DNA from: Nitrospirota bacterium
GTDB lineage: Bacteria; Nitrospirota; Thermodesulfovibrionia; Thermodesulfovibrionales; UBA6898
Reading direction: 5' to 3'
DNA length: 64,000 bases
Assembly (NCBI GenBank): GCA_016214855.1
Contig: JACRMT010000023.1
Span: 19,509-83,508 of the forward strand
Shown here: positions 42,431 through 51,277 of the stretch, one piece after another
Layout: every line of letters begins with the position of its first letter
How positions within the stretch are numbered: position 1 is the stretch's first letter
Made by a program: the position numbers and the translations under genes
Notes under the pieces: generated by a model
The model's input: the letters and a program-made list of their open reading frames with translations, nothing else
What the model was told of the DNA's origin: nothing
Databases searched by the model: none

Positions 42431-43276
42431 TCAGGATCTTCTGAAGAGCATAGAGCAGACCGGAAGTTCCAATTCCCTGGAAATCACGTCGCATTTTGAC
42501 TGAAAGAGGAAGTAAGTCCTTTTTGCAGTTCCAAAGAGCGTTTCAAAATTTCCCTGTCCTTTGCTGATAATAAGCTCTGCTCTCTCAAATTCCTTTTGGA
42601 AACCCGATGATGTCCAGGGAAGTATGGTGCCGATCGCGTCAGAGCCGTTGTCGATGACCTCGCATAGGGTATCAAGACCGACCTGGACAGCATCTTCCCG
42701 TGTAACGTCATTCAACACTGCCGAGCCCTTTACGACAGCCTTGACCCGCTTACCCCTAAGTCTGAGCTCCTCGATCAGGAGTCTGTCAAAAACGATCTCA
42801 CCGGCATTATCCAGCAGATAAAGGATCTCCTGAACAGAGGAAAGGTCCTGCATAAAGGCACCATAGTCATCTACTGCTATCTCTGATCTCAAGGACTGCT
42901 CAACTGATTTTTCGATATCAATGCTGGTGAATATGCCGAAGTCTATGATGTTGCCTGCAATGGCGAGCCGTGATGCGGTCTTTACCGGATCAGGACTGTT
43001 TTTTACCTGTTCCCGGAGTTTTGGGTACAGAGAGAGCGCGATGTCATTGTACTCCCGCTTGATCTTCTCGAACGGATCTCCTGCAATGCCCTTGCGTATG
43101 GCCCTATGGATCAGTGTCGTGGTATACGCAGGAGGTTTGCTCATGTCTGTATCCTGCATGATCGAAAGCACATCCCTGAAGACGGCCTGCTGGGTCTTTT
43201 CATCGCATCCATACTGCGTCAAGGCGATGACCGTCTGCCTCAAAAAGCAGGGCAGACAGTCCATGAAGGTCTTCAT
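42431..43276 (-). CDS. DUF89 (ARMT1-like damage-control phosphatase) family protein
   Basis: The N-terminal motif is CLPCFLRQ. The motifs DNAGEIVFD and SKGQGNFETL are present. Confidence 0.8.
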   Translation of the reverse strand: MKTFMDCLPCFLRQTVIALTQYGCDEKTQQAVFRDVLSIMQDTDMSKPPAYTTTLIHRAIRKGIAGDPFEKIKREYNDIALSLYPKLREQVKNSPDPVKTASRLAIAGNIIDFGIFTSIDIEKSVEQSLRSEIAVDDYGAFMQDLSSVQEILYLLDNAGEIVFDRLLIEELRLRGKRVKAVVKGSAVLNDVTREDAVQVGLDTLCEVIDNGSDAIGTILPWTSSGFQKEFERAELIISKGQGNFETLFGTAKRTYFLFQSKCDVISRELELPVCSMLFRRS

Positions 43277-43773
43277 TATCTCTTTTTTTCTACCTTTTCT
43301 GCTTTTTTCTCCACTTCTATTGCCATCATCTTTCTGTGTTCAAGCAGTTTTTTGGTCAGCTTTGGATCTTTTCTGGCAATGATCTGTGCAGCAAGGATAG
43401 CGGCGTTCTTTGCGCCTGCCTTGCCGATCGAGACCGTTGCTACCGGTATTCCTGGAGGCATCTGCACAATGCTGAGAAGGGCATCCATGCCGTTGAGCGA
43501 AGATGCATCGAGCGGCACGCCGATCACCGGCAGCACGGTATGGGATGCGATCACTCCGGGCAGATGAGCTGCCATGCCTGCTGCACCGATAATAACGTCA
43601 ACGCCTTTTTTTTCAGCATTCTTTATGACGCTGACCGTCCTCTGAGGTGTCCTGTGAGCAGAGGCAACAGTCATAGAGCAGGGAATATTGAAATCAGCGA
43701 GGACTTTTGCAGCCTCTTCCATAACAGGCAGATCAGAGTCGCTTCCCATGATGATCAGGACTTTTGGCTTCAT
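43276..43773 (-). CDS. purE: 5-(carboxyamino)imidazole ribonucleotide mutase
   Basis: IIMGSDSDLPVM...ASAHRTP...GAGMAAHLPGV is the PurE signature. Confidence 0.95.
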   Translation of the reverse strand: MKPKVLIIMGSDSDLPVMEEAAKVLADFNIPCSMTVASAHRTPQRTVSVIKNAEKKGVDVIIGAAGMAAHLPGVIASHTVLPVIGVPLDASSLNGMDALLSIVQMPPGIPVATVSIGKAGAKNAAILAAQIIARKDPKLTKKLLEHRKMMAIEVEKKAEKVEKKR

Positions 43774-43787
43774 AGTTTTCCTCCCTA

Positions 43788-43872
43788 AATCAGTGATGAG
43801 TAATCAGTAATGAGTGATGAGAAAAAAGGATCAGGGCAGTTCGTGTTTATTTCTGACTCATTACTCTTCACC
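43788..43872. repeat. Heptamer/14-mer tandem repeat plus an inverted partial copy
   Basis: AATCAGTGATGAGT AATCAGTAATGAGT GATGAG occupies 43788-43821. CTGACTCATTACT at 43854-43866 is complementary to AGTAATGAGT. Confidence 0.6.
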
Positions 43873-43874
43873 CT

Positions 43875-45149
43875 TTAATGCCTTTTCAATGCCCTGTCGG
43901 CGATATCTTTACGGTAATGCATGCCATCGAAATGGATCTTCTGGACAGCCTCATAGGCCAGTGATTTTGCTGTCGCAATATCCTGCCCGGTCGCTGTTAC
44001 GCCAAGGACTCTTCCGCCTGAAGTGACGATTTTATTATCCTTAAATGCAGTGCCGGCGTGGAAGACCTGGACGCCTTCGAGCCTGTTTGCCTCATCAATG
44101 CCGGTGATAACGTCGCCTTTACGGTAATTCCCGGGATATCCCCCTGATGAGACCACAACACAGACTGCCGGATCAGGCATCCACTCGATATCAATATCAG
44201 CGAGCCGCTCTTCAGCAATGGCCATGGCGATCTCCATGAAATCGGTCTTGAGGCGCGAAAGCACCGGCTGTGTTTCCGGATCGCCAAGCCTGCAGTTGTA
44301 CTCAAGCACCGATGGCATGCCGTTGTGGATCATAAGACCTGCATAGAGAATGCCCTTATAGGTAATGCCTTCTGATCGGAGCGCCTTGATTGTGGGCTCA
44401 AGGATCTTAGTCATGACGATCTTTTCCATTTCCGGCGTTATGATCGGCGCAGGGCTGTAAGCTCCCATGCCGCCGGTGTTCAGTCCCTTGTCATCGTCAA
44501 AGATCCTCTTGTGGTCCTGGGAGCTTACCATCGGCACGATGGTCTTGCCGTCCGTAAATGCCATGTAAGAAGCTTCTTCGCCCTGCAGGCATTCTTCGAT
44601 GATCACTCTTTCACCGGCTTCTCCAAAAGCCTTGTCCTTCATGATAACCTTGAGGGCGTCAAGGGCTTCCTCCACGGTAGAGGCAATAAAAACGCCTTTG
44701 CCTGCAGCAAGGCCGTCAGCTTTTATCACGATAGGGGCGCCTTTGAAGCGCACATGCTCTTCTGCATGGATATAGGATGTGAAGGCTTTGTACTCAGCCG
44801 TTGGTATGCCGTGGGACCTCAAAAGGTCCTTGCAGAAGACCTTGCTCGATTCCAGCTGCGCAGCCGCCTTTGTCGGCCCGAGGATCCTCCGCCCCTCTTT
44901 TTCGAAGAGATCTACAATGCCTCTTGAGAGGGGGTCTTCCGGCCCGACGATCGTGAGATCGATCCATTCATACTTGACGAAATCAAGAAGAGCCTGAAAA
45001 TCGTTTTGATTGACCGAAATACATTCTGCTATCTCTGCAATACCGGCATTGCCGGGGCAGCAGTAGATCTTGTCCACTGACCTGCTCTGGGAGAGCTTCC
45101 AGCAGATCGCATGTTCCCGTCCCCCGCTGCCGATCACCAGTACTTTCAT
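43875..45149 (-). CDS. purD: Phosphoribosylamine--glycine ligase
   Basis: MKVLVIGSGGREHA..., ATP-grasp motifs and a conserved C-terminal domain are present. Confidence 0.95.
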   Translation of the reverse strand: MKVLVIGSGGREHAICWKLSQSRSVDKIYCCPGNAGIAEIAECISVNQNDFQALLDFVKYEWIDLTIVGPEDPLSRGIVDLFEKEGRRILGPTKAAAQLESSKVFCKDLLRSHGIPTAEYKAFTSYIHAEEHVRFKGAPIVIKADGLAAGKGVFIASTVEEALDALKVIMKDKAFGEAGERVIIEECLQGEEASYMAFTDGKTIVPMVSSQDHKRIFDDDKGLNTGGMGAYSPAPIITPEMEKIVMTKILEPTIKALRSEGITYKGILYAGLMIHNGMPSVLEYNCRLGDPETQPVLSRLKTDFMEIAMAIAEERLADIDIEWMPDPAVCVVVSSGGYPGNYRKGDVITGIDEANRLEGVQVFHAGTAFKDNKIVTSGGRVLGVTATGQDIATAKSLAYEAVQKIHFDGMHYRKDIADRALKRH

Positions 45150-45164
45150 AATAATACCCCCATC

Positions 45165-45263
45165 CGAGAATTCAGGATCCAGAATTCAGAAGACAGAATA
45201 TGAAGAATATGCGTTTTGACTGCCAAGGAATTATTCTGACCACTGACCACTGAATGCTGACTA
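45165..45263. repeat. Two heptanucleotide tandem arrays in the purD-radC spacer
   Basis: The first array (45165-45213) reads CGAGAAT TCAGGAT CCAGAAT TCAGAAG ACAGAAT ATGAAGA ATATGCG. The second (45236-45263) reads CTGACCA CTGACCA CTGAATG CTGACTA. Confidence 0.6.
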
Positions 45264-45270
45264 TTATACT

Positions 45271-45546
45271 TTATCCTGCCTTCAAATAGCCTTTTTCGAG
45301 CATGCTGGTGTACCCGTTTTCAGCGACAATGCTGTGGTCCAGGACCTCTATGCCGACAATATCGCCGGCGCCGGCAAGCCTCTCGGTGATGAGGATATCT
45401 TCGCGGCTGGGAGAGGGGTTGCCGCTTGGATGATTATGGACAAAGATGAGCAACTGAGCGTCCGACATGCTTGCCGCCCCGTGTCTGAGCAGCCGCTCGC
45501 GCGGTCTTTCGTTCTCCGGCCATTCCTTGATGCTCTTATGGGTCAT
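45271..45546 (-). pseudogene. radC: radC-like (JAB/MPN domain) gene with a large in-frame internal deletion
   Basis: The 91-aa product joins the RadC N-terminus (IKEWPENERPRERLLRHGAASMSDAQLL) directly to the JAMM motif region (IFVHNHPSGNPSPSREDILIT...LDH). The central ~130 residues expected in RadC are absent. Confidence 0.6.
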
Positions 45547-45679
45547 GGAGAAGGATTGTATCATCACTGGTGACAACAGGTAAAGGACCTCTGCAAATGC
45601 AGAACAGAGTGTCGATATCATGAAATTGCATGCTATAATCAGCCTGTCGTTCATAGCAGAATGATAGAGCAGAAATACT

Positions 45680-47842
45680 ATGCCAGAAGAAAAACAGGAA
45701 AAACTTCCGCTTGATGCAAAGCTGCTTTCAGACGCTGTTATTGAGCTGAATATTTCGCGGCGCAGTGTCGGTTTGTACCCGCCTGAACATCCCATTGTCA
45801 GGACCTCCATCGAAAGGGCTTTCGAGCATCTGCAGATGCTTTTTGAGATAAGGGCCGAGATCACCCTCGGCATTGCCCGGGACGCGCTTATTGTTGATGA
45901 ATTCACCCTTGACCGCAGAAATCCGGTCTTCCGGGAGTTTGCCCAGACGCTGCATACAAAGGGCATTGCTGCGGTTACGTTTTCGACCGGCCTGAACCAG
46001 AGAGACCTGACGCGGCTCCACGAGCTCATTTCAGCGCAGGATACACCCATTGGCAAGGACCTCGTTGCGTTGGCAGAAAAGGAGATCTCCCGCATAAGAC
46101 TCAGCGCTATTGACCTCGTGAATTTCTGTTTTGTTGAAGGCACACAGAGGTCCGCCTCGGCCTGCGGAGATCTCTGGGAAGACTATGTGTATGGCCTGCT
46201 TGAGGGAAAACTGGGGGAAGGAGGCGACCTTCAGGACATCCTTTCGATCCCGCCGGATATAGTAGCTGACATGGTCAATGCAGCCTTGCCGGAGAGCGCC
46301 GGCACTGAGTCTTATGACAGGGTGATAACTGCGTACATCAAGAAAAAGAGCGAATCAAAGATCAGCAGGGAGGCGTTCAATAAATTCTTTGCTTTTATAG
46401 ACAGGCTCAGGCCTGAGATAAAGCGGCAGTTTCTCTCGCGGGCAGGAGCTCGGCTTACCGAAGATATCGGGGATGTCGAGAGCATCATCAACGGCATGAC
46501 CCCTGAGGGTTTTGAAAAGATCGCGGAGCTCCTGACCGAGAATTCTTCGATCATTCCGGTAACCCTGAAAAATCTGATTGATAAGCTTTCCTCTATCAAG
46601 GAGGGGAAACGGGGGCACTTTGATTTCTTCTATAACGATACCGCGGTCCTGCATGATATCGAGCTTGGCGATGAAGTGATCAAGCTCTTCGGCGAGGACC
46701 ATTTCCACTCCTATGTGGGGAAGGATTACCAGAGAGAGCTCGATCGCATGCTCGGGGTCAAGGCAGAGGACAATACCCGGTTCATCCGCTTCAGGAAGGA
46801 ATGCGAGGAAGAGGCTATTGACAGGGAAGCTCTCGATATCATGCTCGAACTCCTGCATGAGGACTACCTGAAGTCCGAAGACTACCTGACGCTCATAACC
46901 AAGCTCTCCGAGTTCATGAACGTTTTTACCGAGACCGGCCGTTTTGAGGAGATCCTGGATACGTACAACACACTCATTACCCATGTTCTGAGCGGAAGGT
47001 TCAGAAACGAGGCATCCAGCATTGTGGACTATTTCTTTCACTCTGAGGAGTTCATCGCCAGGCTTGTCGACGCCTTCAGGCTCTGGGGAAGAAAGGACCG
47101 CGACGGAGCGTTCAGACTTGCCAGGGCCTTGCGGCGTACCATCGTTACCCCGCTTTTCGATGTCCTCGACGAAGAGAAGGATGCAAGTATGAGAAAGTTC
47201 CTGATCTCGATGCTTGAGGCGATCGGAAGCGATGTGATCCCGTTTGCGCTCAAGAGGCTCAATGACAACCGCTGGTTTGTCGTGAGGAATATGATCTGTA
47301 TTATCCGTGACTGCAATGCAACGCAGCAGACCGAAAAGATCCGCAAATTCCTAAAACATGAGAATGGGCATGTCCGCATGGAGGCATTGCGTACGCTGCT
47401 GCATTTCAGGACGCCGGATGCCATACCCCAGCTGCGGTCATGCCTCCAGAGCGAGGAGCAGGATATCCGGACCGGCGCCATACGCCTAGCCGGCAGCTAC
47501 CGGGTGAAAGAATCTGTGCCGTATCTCATAAAGTATCTGGAGAAGCGGGATCTCTTTGGGACCGAGGCGTATTATAAAACAGACCTGGTCAGGGCGCTCG
47601 GAGAGATAGGCGATGTCAGGGCAATGGAAGCGCTCGAAAAGATCTGTCATGCGCGGGCACTCTTTTACCGGGGCGACCTGGAGGGGTTGAAGGTGGAGAT
47701 ATTCAGATCTCTCGAAAACTATCCCCTGGAGTCTGTCAGAAAGCTTATCGAGTTCGGTCTTGGATCGCGCAATGACGAGATCCATGCCTTGAGTGAGAAG
47801 CTCCTCGTGGCCTTGCATACGGGGGAGCATAGAGGAAAATGA
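45680..47842 (+). CDS. HEAT-repeat protein with an N-terminal module shared with the downstream HD-GYP protein
   Basis: The C-terminal PBS-lyase-type HEAT repeats are (...RMEALRTLLHF, IRTGAIRLAGS, DLVRALGEIGDVRAMEALE). 720 aa. Confidence 0.7.
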   Translation: MPEEKQEKLPLDAKLLSDAVIELNISRRSVGLYPPEHPIVRTSIERAFEHLQMLFEIRAEITLGIARDALIVDEFTLDRRNPVFREFAQTLHTKGIAAVTFSTGLNQRDLTRLHELISAQDTPIGKDLVALAEKEISRIRLSAIDLVNFCFVEGTQRSASACGDLWEDYVYGLLEGKLGEGGDLQDILSIPPDIVADMVNAALPESAGTESYDRVITAYIKKKSESKISREAFNKFFAFIDRLRPEIKRQFLSRAGARLTEDIGDVESIINGMTPEGFEKIAELLTENSSIIPVTLKNLIDKLSSIKEGKRGHFDFFYNDTAVLHDIELGDEVIKLFGEDHFHSYVGKDYQRELDRMLGVKAEDNTRFIRFRKECEEEAIDREALDIMLELLHEDYLKSEDYLTLITKLSEFMNVFTETGRFEEILDTYNTLITHVLSGRFRNEASSIVDYFFHSEEFIARLVDAFRLWGRKDRDGAFRLARALRRTIVTPLFDVLDEEKDASMRKFLISMLEAIGSDVIPFALKRLNDNRWFVVRNMICIIRDCNATQQTEKIRKFLKHENGHVRMEALRTLLHFRTPDAIPQLRSCLQSEEQDIRTGAIRLAGSYRVKESVPYLIKYLEKRDLFGTEAYYKTDLVRALGEIGDVRAMEALEKICHARALFYRGDLEGLKVEIFRSLENYPLESVRKLIEFGLGSRNDEIHALSEKLLVALHTGEHRGK

Positions 47843-47845
47843 CCG

Positions 47846-48946
47846 ATGTCTGAAAAGATCATTTCATTTCTATCGGATATCATGGTAGCGATGTCGAACT
47901 GCTCTCTTTACAGCAAGGAGCATCCGGCTGTCATGTATCTTTCCGAAAAGGCTGCGGCTGCTCTTGACACCCTCTTTATTGAGGAGAAGTTCAGTATGGC
48001 CCTTTTGGGTGACAGCATTATCATTAACGAACAGTCCCTGCCGGCCAGACATATGCACGTGAGCAGCTGCATAAAAAAGCTTAAGAGAAAAGGGATCGAT
48101 AAGATCGTGATCTCCCGGGGAGTGACAGCAGCTGAGCTGAAGGACTTCATATCCGAGATCGCCCTTTCTGATAGGATCACCGGCTCCTATCCCCATATTA
48201 CGTCAGGCATTATCGAGGTGAAGCTTGGCGGAGGAGGTGGTGGCGACATCGGGGCTGTGATGACCGAGAATATCGAAAAGGTGAAGAGTGTCTATCATGG
48301 GGTTTCCCGGTTCAAACGGCTCGACATGATTGGGCTTGAGGATGTGGTGGTCAGCTTCATAACAACGCTCAAGCAGGAGGCAAATGTCCTGAATGTTGTA
48401 AGTCCGATCAAAGCTCACAGCGAATATACTTATGCGCACAATACCAATGTGGCTGTGCTCTCTATCTTCCAGGCAGAGACCCTTGGCGTAAAACATGACC
48501 TTCTCCACGATATTGGCATGGCAGGCCTTCTCCATGATATCGGCAAGATGTTTGTTCCGGCCGAGGTACTCGAAAAGGAGGCAAAGCTGAATGAGGAGGA
48601 ATGGGTAGAGATGAAGAAGCACCCTGTCTATGGAGCCATGTATCTTGCCACGCTCCCTGACATTCCCAAATATGCCCTTGTCGCCACCTACGAGCACCAC
48701 ATGAAGTTCAATGGCCAGGGATATCCGGCAACGAGGAGAAAGGGCAGGACACAGCATATCATAAGCCAGATTATTGCCATATCAGATTTCTTTGACGCGC
48801 TCAGGACAGACCGTCCGTACAGGAAGGCTCTTGATGTCCCGGTCATTATCGGGCTTATGAACGACTCCTCTGGAAAGGACTTTAATCCCCTTCTTGTGGA
48901 GAATTTCATCCGGTCGTTGAAAAAGGTGAACGTCTTCAGTTCCTGA
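47846..48946 (+). CDS. HD-GYP domain protein (probable c-di-GMP phosphodiesterase)
   Basis: HDIGKMFVP...HPVYGA...HHMKFNGQGYP is the HD-GYP signature. It starts 3 nt after the HEAT protein stop. Confidence 0.85.
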   Translation: MSEKIISFLSDIMVAMSNCSLYSKEHPAVMYLSEKAAAALDTLFIEEKFSMALLGDSIIINEQSLPARHMHVSSCIKKLKRKGIDKIVISRGVTAAELKDFISEIALSDRITGSYPHITSGIIEVKLGGGGGGDIGAVMTENIEKVKSVYHGVSRFKRLDMIGLEDVVVSFITTLKQEANVLNVVSPIKAHSEYTYAHNTNVAVLSIFQAETLGVKHDLLHDIGMAGLLHDIGKMFVPAEVLEKEAKLNEEEWVEMKKHPVYGAMYLATLPDIPKYALVATYEHHMKFNGQGYPATRRKGRTQHIISQIIAISDFFDALRTDRPYRKALDVPVIIGLMNDSSGKDFNPLLVENFIRSLKKVNVFSS

Positions 48947-49038
48947 TAAAAAAACAGGCGGTTCATGATAGTCATGGACAGGTTCACACATACTTCCCTT
49001 GAAAACAGAGCCCCGAATGGTGTATATTCTTCTTTACT

Positions 49039-49123
49039 GCCGAAGTGGTGGAACTGGTAGACACGCACGTTTGAGGGGCGTGTGGAGAAATCCATGCGGG
49101 TTCGAGTCCCGCCTTCGGCACCA
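49039..49123 (+). tRNA. tRNA-Leu (anticodon GAG)
   Basis: I folded the cloverleaf by hand. The acceptor is GCCGAAG/CTTCGGC, the anticodon stem CACGT/GCGTG and the loop TTGAGGG. The long variable arm is TGGA-gaaa-TCCA and the T-arm GCGGG-TTCGAGT-CCCGC. The 3' end is ACCA. Confidence 0.9.
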
Positions 49124-49435
49124 TCTCTCTCTTTTGAGCATCAAGCAGCTGTCTTGCTAAATGCCTCAAGTACGCCCGCCAAATGCTTCCCTGCTTGCAG
49201 CGCATCTGCAGCTCTGATTATCTATAGGATGCAGCTCTCCCGCTCGGAATTGTATCGGACTGAATAGGTCAAAATGCATTAGTCAGTCTGCATTAGCTGC
49301 AATACCCCGATGGAGGTGACAGGGGAAGATGCCTTGATACGTAACTCCTTGATATTTCGCCTTTCATCGTCCCCAACTCCAACTTCAGGAGTTATCTTTC
49401 CTCCTGGCATGACCATTGCTTTTATTAAAAGCACT

Positions 49436-50632
49436 ATGGAAAAAAACGGGAAAATGAAAAATGTGCTGATCGTTGATGACGAGAAATCATTTCTCCTGAG
49501 TCTGCTCCAGGGGCTTGATGCGTACGCAGCGGATTTCAATACCCTGACTGCGCAGAACGGCAAGGCAGCTGTGGATGTGCTCAGTTCAACCAAAGTTGAT
49601 CTTGTGGTCTCTGACCTGAAGATGCCGGAAATGGACGGTTTTGGCCTTCTTTCGCATATGAGCAAGAAACATCCGAATATCCCGGTCATCATGATGAGCG
49701 CGTACTGCACTCCTGAGATCAAGGCAAGACTGAAGAGCCTCGGCGCCTTTACGATCCTTGAGAAGCCGATCGATTTTCAGGAGTTCGTTGATAATATTTT
49801 TGCAGAGCTGAATGCGGTCTCAAAAGGATATATCCAGGGCATCACGCTGCCGGCGTTCCTGCAGCTTGTCGAGATGGAGAAGAAGACCTGCACGCTCAGG
49901 ATCGGTTCTCACGGGAGGAACGGATTCCTTTATTTTCAGGAGGGCGTGCTGATCGACGCTGATAATGGCAGTGACGAGCATGAGAAGGCTGCGCTGGACA
50001 TCGTATGCTGGGATGATCCCGAGATAGAGATCGAAAGCATCTGCAGAAAAAAGACCCGGAACATCCAGCCTCCGCTGACCTATATTTTGATGGAAGGGTA
50101 CCGGATCAGGGATGAAAAAATGAAGGCAGCGGCGGTGCAATCCTCGATCCACGCACAGGCAAAGGAGGTCGGGCCTGATTCAGTGGATTTTGGCACGTTC
50201 CTCAAAGAGATAAACGAAGAAGACGCTGCTCAGACAAAACAGACACCAAAAGCAATTACAAAGGAGGATAAGATGGCAACAACAAAGGAGATACTCAACG
50301 AACTCGCAAAGATCCAGAGCGTTGACGCAGTGTGCCTCGTGGCGCGGGACGGCTTTCTGTTGGACAGCATTGCGCGCACAGGGATCGACACAGAAATGGT
50401 CGGCGCGATCGCATCCAGCGGATTTGGAGCATCAGAGTCCATGGGCAAACAGCTCGGCAAGGGAAATATGGCGATCAGCATGATCGAATTCGAGAAGGGG
50501 CCGGTGATGCTGTCCCCGGTAGGTGATGATGCGTTCCTCGTCATCATTGCGGATAAGGACGCAAACCTCGGCATGATCAGACTGAAGCTGAAAAAGCACT
50601 GCGGCGAGCTTGCTGTCGCAGCATCAATTTAG
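49436..50632 (+). CDS. Response regulator: REC + DUF4388 (PATAN) + Roadblock/LC7 (MglB-like) domains
   Basis: The REC reads LIVDDE...VVSDLKMPEMDG...MMSAY...LEKP. The DUF4388-like part reads GITLPAFLQLVEMEKKTCTLRI...GFLYFQEGVLIDA. The Roadblock-like C-terminus reads VDAVCLVARDGFLLDS...FLVIIADKDANLGMIR. The start is the ATG at 49436 or 49454. Confidence 0.7.
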   Translation: MEKNGKMKNVLIVDDEKSFLLSLLQGLDAYAADFNTLTAQNGKAAVDVLSSTKVDLVVSDLKMPEMDGFGLLSHMSKKHPNIPVIMMSAYCTPEIKARLKSLGAFTILEKPIDFQEFVDNIFAELNAVSKGYIQGITLPAFLQLVEMEKKTCTLRIGSHGRNGFLYFQEGVLIDADNGSDEHEKAALDIVCWDDPEIEIESICRKKTRNIQPPLTYILMEGYRIRDEKMKAAAVQSSIHAQAKEVGPDSVDFGTFLKEINEEDAAQTKQTPKAITKEDKMATTKEILNELAKIQSVDAVCLVARDGFLLDSIARTGIDTEMVGAIASSGFGASESMGKQLGKGNMAISMIEFEKGPVMLSPVGDDAFLVIIADKDANLGMIRLKLKKHCGELAVAASI

Positions 50633-50647
50633 GTCAAGGGGCAAGTC

Positions 50648-51271
50648 ATGGCTGAAGAAGGAAAGATACTCGATATAGCACATGTCAGTTTCCTGGACAT
50701 GATCAAGATCATGATAACCCTGAGCGGAGCAGCAAGCGCAAAGGGAACTCTCATCAGGAATGCTATCAAGACTGCGGAGAGGATCTCCGAGGTGGACTAT
50801 CCGGCCTTTGAGGACTATCTTGCTGCAATAGAGAACGCTACAAACCCTATCACCATGATCGAGGGCAAGGCGACCCATGCAGGCAATTTTGTTTTCGGTC
50901 TTCAATACTGTCCCTTTGGTCCGTCCATAAAGAATTACACCCAGGTCTTTGAGAAACTGCCTGACGGGTTCGCGGATTTTACGGCTGAGTTCAACAAGCC
51001 GAGCAATATCACAGACCAGTTCCGGGTTGGCGAGGGAGCAGGCGTGAGCCCCTTCTGTTCGGTACATCAGCCGATGCGGAGCGCCTTTGCCGAGAAGATC
51101 ACCATTGGCGGGAAGAAGATAAAGATCACGCAGCTTGGCTGCAAGGCCGGCTCAGGCAAAAAGGGTTTTGCGGAAAAATGGCTGGCTGAAAGCGGCGTGC
51201 CACGGGATCTTGTGGACAAGATCCTCGACAATCATATGTGCTGTTATTCCCTGAAGATCCTGGATGCGTAA
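50648..51271 (+). CDS. Hypothetical Cys-containing protein (207 aa)
   Basis: The ORF has an AAGGGG RBS and lies 15 nt after the regulator gene. It carries conserved-looking Cys (YCPFGP, PFCSVHQP, LGCKAG, HMCCY). It may be a V4R-like ligand-binding protein, but I cannot support that. Confidence 0.5.
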   Translation: MAEEGKILDIAHVSFLDMIKIMITLSGAASAKGTLIRNAIKTAERISEVDYPAFEDYLAAIENATNPITMIEGKATHAGNFVFGLQYCPFGPSIKNYTQVFEKLPDGFADFTAEFNKPSNITDQFRVGEGAGVSPFCSVHQPMRSAFAEKITIGGKKIKITQLGCKAGSGKKGFAEKWLAESGVPRDLVDKILDNHMCCYSLKILDA

Positions 51272-51277
51272 CCGACG

